A stretch of DNA of 64,000 bases. It comes from Smithellaceae bacterium. GTDB taxonomy: Bacteria; Desulfobacterota; Syntrophia; Syntrophales; Smithellaceae. The notes under the pieces were generated by a model, which was not told where the DNA came from, searched no databases, and saw only the letters and a program-made list of their open reading frames with translations. Shown here piece by piece: positions 59,475-64,000 of the stretch; within the stretch, counting starts at the first letter, position 1; every line of letters starts with the position of its first letter. The stretch is taken from assembly GCA_963667845.2 (NCBI GenBank), contig CAXXVL010000002.1, forward strand, positions 2,432,001 through 2,496,000. The letters run 5' to 3'. The position numbers were made by a program, and so were the translations under genes.

Positions 59475-59729
59475 ATGACCGATCTGACAAACGAAAGCGA
59501 AAAACAAACCCGCATTGAAATGATCAGGCAGGCCCTGAAGGATAAGGCGCCCGTGATGTATGAAGAATTGGAGTCAGACGGCCAGCTGCAAACGTTTTTG
59601 GAAGGTCATGAAGCGGAAATGATGGCAAGTTACGAGGAGGCGAAGAAACAGGCATGGGAAGACACGATGGCCAACTTCCTTAGCTTCGCCGATCCATCCG
59701 ATAGTGAGACATCGTCGCCGATGGGATGA
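59475..59729 (+). CDS. hypothetical helical protein
   Basis: AAGGA RBS before ATG 59475; 84 aa. Confidence 0.55.
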   Translation: MTDLTNESEKQTRIEMIRQALKDKAPVMYEELESDGQLQTFLEGHEAEMMASYEEAKKQAWEDTMANFLSFADPSDSETSSPMG

Positions 59730-59774
59730 AAAGGACGGTTACCTTGTGCCGGAAAACGAAATGAGGTGAGTCCA

Positions 59775-59948
59775 ATGTGGGAACGCTTGAAGGATATTGA
59801 ACCCGGTGCGCAAAGCAGCCGGTTAAAAGTTCCGGGCGGCTGGATCGTGAGAACTGTTCTCCGGTACGATACGGGGGAAGGCGCAGGCTGCGCAGTGGAA
59901 CAGACATTCGTGGCTGACGCCGGCCATGATTGGGAGCTGGAGCGGTAA
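59775..59948 (+). CDS. small hypothetical protein
   Basis: GAGG RBS; RLKVPGGWIVRT motif. Confidence 0.55.
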   Translation: MWERLKDIEPGAQSSRLKVPGGWIVRTVLRYDTGEGAGCAVEQTFVADAGHDWELER

Positions 59949-60054
59949 AGGGCTGCCGGATCGGAAAAGAACGTCCGGCTTCCCGCTTTACGTAACCTGA
60001 CCACCTGAAGGTGTCACTGCGCGCCGATCCATACAACCGCAAGTCATTCCCATT

Positions 60055-60079
60055 GTAGGGCGCGGTCCCCGACCGCGCC
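60055..60079 (+). repeat. GTAG-type REP palindrome inside a nested repeat region
   Basis: GTAG-GGCGCGGTC-CCC-GACCGCGCC. Confidence 0.6.
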
Positions 60080-60418
60080 GCTTCATTCGGGCCTGCTCGG
60101 ATAACCTGATAACCTATAGGTTACACGAGGTCACCACCTGAAGATGGCACTGCGTGTCACGCCCTGCATAACAACTTCAGGTTATTAGGTTATTCGCGGG
60201 AATGACTTTAGGGAGCAGTATTGGCTGACCGTGGCCGGGAACAAACGGCCTCGGTGCCGGCATGCTCAGACAAAACAAGCGGATAGCCGGTTCAACCGTC
60301 CGGCTCAATTTTATTCCTAGTTTCTTTTGACAAATCAGCCTTCAGAGTTTATGCTGTGCCCCGAATCCAAGGCGGAAAGCTTTCGATAGTACAAATGATA
60401 CAAGGCTCACCTGCTCCT

Positions 60419-61873
60419 ATGAATACTGAACGTTTTAACCCGCTGTTCAAGGCCCGCTCTGTCGCCCTCATCGGAGCCTCCAGCAACCCCAGAAAATGGG
60501 GTTACGTCATGCTGAAAAATCTTATCAACGGCGGCTTCACGGGAAGCATTTATCCCATCAACCCCGACTCAAAAGAACTTCTGGGAAAAAAAGTCTACAA
60601 AAGTCTGGAAGATGTTCCGGAAACGCCGGATCTGGCCGTCATTGCCGTTCCCCCGAAGGCGGCGCTGGCCGCCGTGCAGGCTTGTACGGACAAGGGCATC
60701 AAGGCGGCGGTCTGCATCACGGCGGGTTTTGCGGAACTGTGCGAAGAGGGCAGGCTTCTTCAGGATGAAATGGTAAAGAAGGCCCGCGCGCAAGGGATGG
60801 TCATGGTGGGCCCCAACTGCAACGGCATCATGAGTCCGTGGGAGAAACTCTACGTAGATTTTCCCAGCTTTCATGTTCCGCCCGGAAGTATTGCGCTGGT
60901 TTGCCAGAGCGGCGGCGTTGTCGACGGTTTGGCCCGGCAGCTCATGATCAAAGGGATGGGGTGCAGCCTCTGCGTGGCAAGCGGCAACGAGGCGGACCTG
61001 CACATGGAAGATTATTTGACGTATCTCGCGGAGGATCCGCGCACCCGCGCCATCCTCTGTTACATTGAAGGCTTCAAGGATGCCGGGAGATTCTATCGCA
61101 TCGTCCGCGAAGTGACGAAGAAGAAACCGGTCGTGGCCTACAAAGCGGGCAAGACCGAAGCCGGCGCGAAAGCGGCGATGTCCCACACGGCATCCGTTGC
61201 GGGAACCGATGTGATTTTCGACGGCATCTGCAGACAGACGGGAATTCTCCGGGCGAAGAATCTGCATCATCTGTTCAATTTGGGCACCGCATTAATGAAT
61301 CAGCCGCTTCCCAAAGGACGAAGCATCGGCATTATTACGGCAGGCGGCGGATGGGGGGTCATGGCCGCGGATGAATGTGTGTCTCTGGGGCTCAGCATGG
61401 CAAAACTTTCCGACGAAACCATCAAACGGCTCGATGCTTTTCTTCCGGCCTGGTGGAACCGGGGCAATCCGGTCGACCTGGTGGCCGGCAGCGAACCGGA
61501 CGATGTGATGCGTGTTGTCGATACGGTGCTGGCCAGCCCGGATGTGGACGGCGTCATCTACCTTGGCCTGATGCCGGCCCTGAAGTTCACGTCAGAGGAG
61601 CTGCTGCACAGAGGCGCGACGGGAGCGGCCTGGGGAGATGCGCTTATCCGGGCCTCGGTCGAGGTTATGCAGGATCTGAACGGTCTTGCCCGTAAGTACG
61701 GAAAGCCCGTTGTGGTCGCTTCCGAACATCTGATTTCATCGGCGGAGCAGGAGGTGCGCACGCTGCACGCCATCGGGCAGACCGGCAACGTCTGCTATGA
61801 GATGCCTTACGAGGCTGCCGAGGTCATGGCGGCGCTGGTGAGCTATGGAGAATGGGTGGGCGCTGATCACTGA
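60419..61873 (+). CDS. CoA-binding protein, ADP-forming acyl-CoA ligase alpha-like
   Basis: SVALIGAS, MVGPNCNG, QSGG, SGNEAD, AAMSHTAS and NPVDL motifs; start uncertain. Confidence 0.9.
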   Translation: MNTERFNPLFKARSVALIGASSNPRKWGYVMLKNLINGGFTGSIYPINPDSKELLGKKVYKSLEDVPETPDLAVIAVPPKAALAAVQACTDKGIKAAVCITAGFAELCEEGRLLQDEMVKKARAQGMVMVGPNCNGIMSPWEKLYVDFPSFHVPPGSIALVCQSGGVVDGLARQLMIKGMGCSLCVASGNEADLHMEDYLTYLAEDPRTRAILCYIEGFKDAGRFYRIVREVTKKKPVVAYKAGKTEAGAKAAMSHTASVAGTDVIFDGICRQTGILRAKNLHHLFNLGTALMNQPLPKGRSIGIITAGGGWGVMAADECVSLGLSMAKLSDETIKRLDAFLPAWWNRGNPVDLVAGSEPDDVMRVVDTVLASPDVDGVIYLGLMPALKFTSEELLHRGATGAAWGDALIRASVEVMQDLNGLARKYGKPVVVASEHLISSAEQEVRTLHAIGQTGNVCYEMPYEAAEVMAALVSYGEWVGADH

Positions 61874-62126
61874 CGGGCTCGTTCCGGAAATAACGGAGCA
61901 AACCCTATTTCGTACATCAGTTTGGCGCTGCCAAATGCCGACCTGGGGCGACACCTATTTTACGCGCATTAAAAGCCGGACATGCACGGGGACTGATTAC
62001 CAGGATTCGGTGGCGGGCGGCATATCGTGTACCAACAGTGTGTCTGTGAAAATCTGCAAAAAAGGCAGCGGTGTCGGTGAATGGTCGCATGGTTTTTGTC
62101 CCAATTAAAATATAAAGGAGCACCCA

Positions 62127-63188
62127 GTGAAAGACGTCTATCAACGCCTGGCTGAATTTCTCGACACCTTCCCTCAACGCTTTCCTGTGAACACCGAGTC
62201 CGGTATCGAATTGAAAATTCTGAAACTCATTTACGCGCCGGATGAGGCGGAAACATTCATGCAGCTGCAACCCGTTCCGGAAACAGCCGCCCAAATCGCG
62301 GCGCGGATCGGCGGCCGGCCGGAAGAAATTGAACGCAAGCTCTTCGAGATGTCTAAAAAGGGCCTGGTTTTTCGCACAGGCAGGGAAGGAAACCACAAGT
62401 ACATGGCATTGGCCTTCCTGGTGGGCATCGTGGAATTTCAGATGAACCGCATGACGCCCGAGTTTGCAAAAGACTATCAGGAATTCGAGTCGATTCTTTA
62501 CCGGTCCACCTGGATGAAAGGGACGACAAGGGATTTGCGGACGATTCCCATTATGGAGGCGGTGGCTTCCGATACCGGGGTCATGCCGTATGAAAGCGCA
62601 GAGGAAACCATCCGGTCCGCAAAGGTTATCGCCATTTCCGACTGCATGTGCCGGAGAATTAAAGGCCTTATGGACGAGCCCTGCCGCCATCCGATCGAGG
62701 TGTGCTTTCACTTCGGCAGCGGTTCGCACTACTTTGTCGAAAACGGGCTTGCACGGTACATATCGCAGGAGGAGGCGATGCTGATCCTGAAGAAAGGGAA
62801 GATGGCCGGCTTGGTCTGCCAGCTTTCCGCATCACAGGAGCCCAATTCTCTGTGCATGTGCTGCGACTGCTGCTGCGGACCTCTCAGGGCGTGCAAAGCG
62901 GTTGCCAATCCGTCGGAGGTGGTCAACAGCAGTTTCTTCGCCCGCGTGGACACGGAGGAGTGCACCGGCTGCGAACTGTGCATGGAAAGCTGTCCCATGG
63001 GAGCGATCTCGCTAGGTGAGGTTGCCCATGTGAATCTCGATCGCTGCATCGGCTGCGGCGTTTGCGCTTACAATTGCCCGATGGAGGCCGTGAAAGTCTT
63101 CCGCAAGGAAAAAGACAAGGAGTTCGTCCCGGAAAAGAATATCTTCGCCTCGACCATGGCGATTCATCGGCAGCGCCGCAGTGCGTGA
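62127..63188 (+). CDS. 4Fe-4S binding protein with N-terminal HTH-like region, same architecture as 31529
   Basis: CMCR, CMCCDCCC, CTGCELC..CP and CIGCGVC..CP motifs; AAGGAG RBS, GTG start. Confidence 0.88.
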   Translation: MKDVYQRLAEFLDTFPQRFPVNTESGIELKILKLIYAPDEAETFMQLQPVPETAAQIAARIGGRPEEIERKLFEMSKKGLVFRTGREGNHKYMALAFLVGIVEFQMNRMTPEFAKDYQEFESILYRSTWMKGTTRDLRTIPIMEAVASDTGVMPYESAEETIRSAKVIAISDCMCRRIKGLMDEPCRHPIEVCFHFGSGSHYFVENGLARYISQEEAMLILKKGKMAGLVCQLSASQEPNSLCMCCDCCCGPLRACKAVANPSEVVNSSFFARVDTEECTGCELCMESCPMGAISLGEVAHVNLDRCIGCGVCAYNCPMEAVKVFRKEKDKEFVPEKNIFASTMAIHRQRRSA

Positions 63189-63311
63189 AGAAATGTGCTG
63201 AAACTTTTTGTTCAACGGGGAAGGACACCTTTTGGCTGACGCCTTAAACATGGCTATTCCCCCCGTGCAGCCCCGGAACATATTTTTTTAAAGAAGAATG
63301 GAGGGCCAATT

Positions 63312-63728
63312 ATGAGAGCAAATAAATCGCTGTACGGCATTGCTGTTATGTCCATCATCGTCGTCCTGCTTTGTCAGGCGTTATCGTTTGCCCAGCCTCC
63401 GAAGAATTCTCTGGCCGGCTCCTGGAGCGTGAAATATGCCGACGGGTCGGAAGGGGAAATGATGGTTGAAAAAAATGTCCTTAAACTCCGGATACCGGAA
63501 ATCGGCGAAATTCAAGGCAGGGTTGAACAGAGCAGCGATTATTTTGAATCCATTCTGAGTGGCAGGCGTGCGGGAATCGATTTTATTTTCGGCTATCTCA
63601 AAGGCGGCAAGGTGGAAGGAAAGCTTCAGGAGAACAAACCCTGCGCCGAGCTCAACAAGGCATTCAAAAGCGGCGTTGCCGTTATGAGCAGCACCTGTCA
63701 AGCCCCGTTTACCGCCGTCAGGAAGTAG
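63312..63728 (+). CDS. exported hypothetical protein
   Basis: Signal peptide; LAGSW beta-rich domain; GGAGG RBS. Confidence 0.65.
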   Translation: MRANKSLYGIAVMSIIVVLLCQALSFAQPPKNSLAGSWSVKYADGSEGEMMVEKNVLKLRIPEIGEIQGRVEQSSDYFESILSGRRAGIDFIFGYLKGGKVEGKLQENKPCAELNKAFKSGVAVMSSTCQAPFTAVRK

Positions 63729-63836
63729 ACGGATACGGCGGATGTCATCAATTTTCCGCACCATGGCGCGGCCTTCGCCCGGCGCCGGCGAAAAGTTTCG
63801 CCGACCGAAATAAATTGGGTGCTTCGGAGGTAAGAG

Positions 63837-64000
63837 ATGAATCAAACCTTGACAGACATTTCCCGGCTGGTATTGATCGGCATTGGAATCTTCTGGCTTG
63901 CGGGCTGCAGCCACAATATGATTCAAACACAACTCGTGGCGGACATTCCCCAGGACCGTTATGTGCGCATCATCCGGCTTGATAATCCCGAAGGAATGCC
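63837..64000 (+). CDS. lipoprotein, runs off the window end
   Basis: GGAGG RBS; MNQTLTDISRLVLIGIGIFWLAGC lipobox. Confidence 0.55.
   Translation, partial: MNQTLTDISRLVLIGIGIFWLAGCSHNMIQTQLVADIPQDRYVRIIRLDNPEGM

Overview
This 64-kb bacterial window looks like an anaerobic deltaproteobacterium (Syntrophaceae/Smithella-like; inferred from the acyl-CoA ligases, MaoC dehydratase, HTH-4Fe-4S proteins and menA). Ordinary metabolic and envelope genes alternate with AT-richer accessory cargo. The strongest novel-system candidate is a RiPP biosynthetic cluster at 45.5-52.0 kb. It has two 67-aa precursors ending SECGCCC[I/A]YSNYCPNK with their own promoter and terminator, two radical SAM/SPASM-type enzymes, an MFS exporter and a convergent B12-dependent radical SAM enzyme. 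A second candidate is an array at 15-27 kb in which six co-oriented heptamer-repeat tracts, most followed by a promoter, separate unrelated cassettes: RhuM/ORF6N relics, a CoA ligase, an AAA-DUF4143 ATPase, menA, AbiE and a MazG-DUF2075/S24-HNH-HNH defence-like operon. Also present are a ~98-bp palindromic element in six copies, a decaying XRE-ImmA/IrrE module bounded by perfect 18-bp inverted repeats, three apparently leaderless AAA-DUF4143 genes each with a palindrome over the promoter, and a 257-bp duplication of a gene 5' end. I saw no rRNA, tRNA, CRISPR array, integrase or transposase. All family calls come from recognising motifs by eye, not from database searches.
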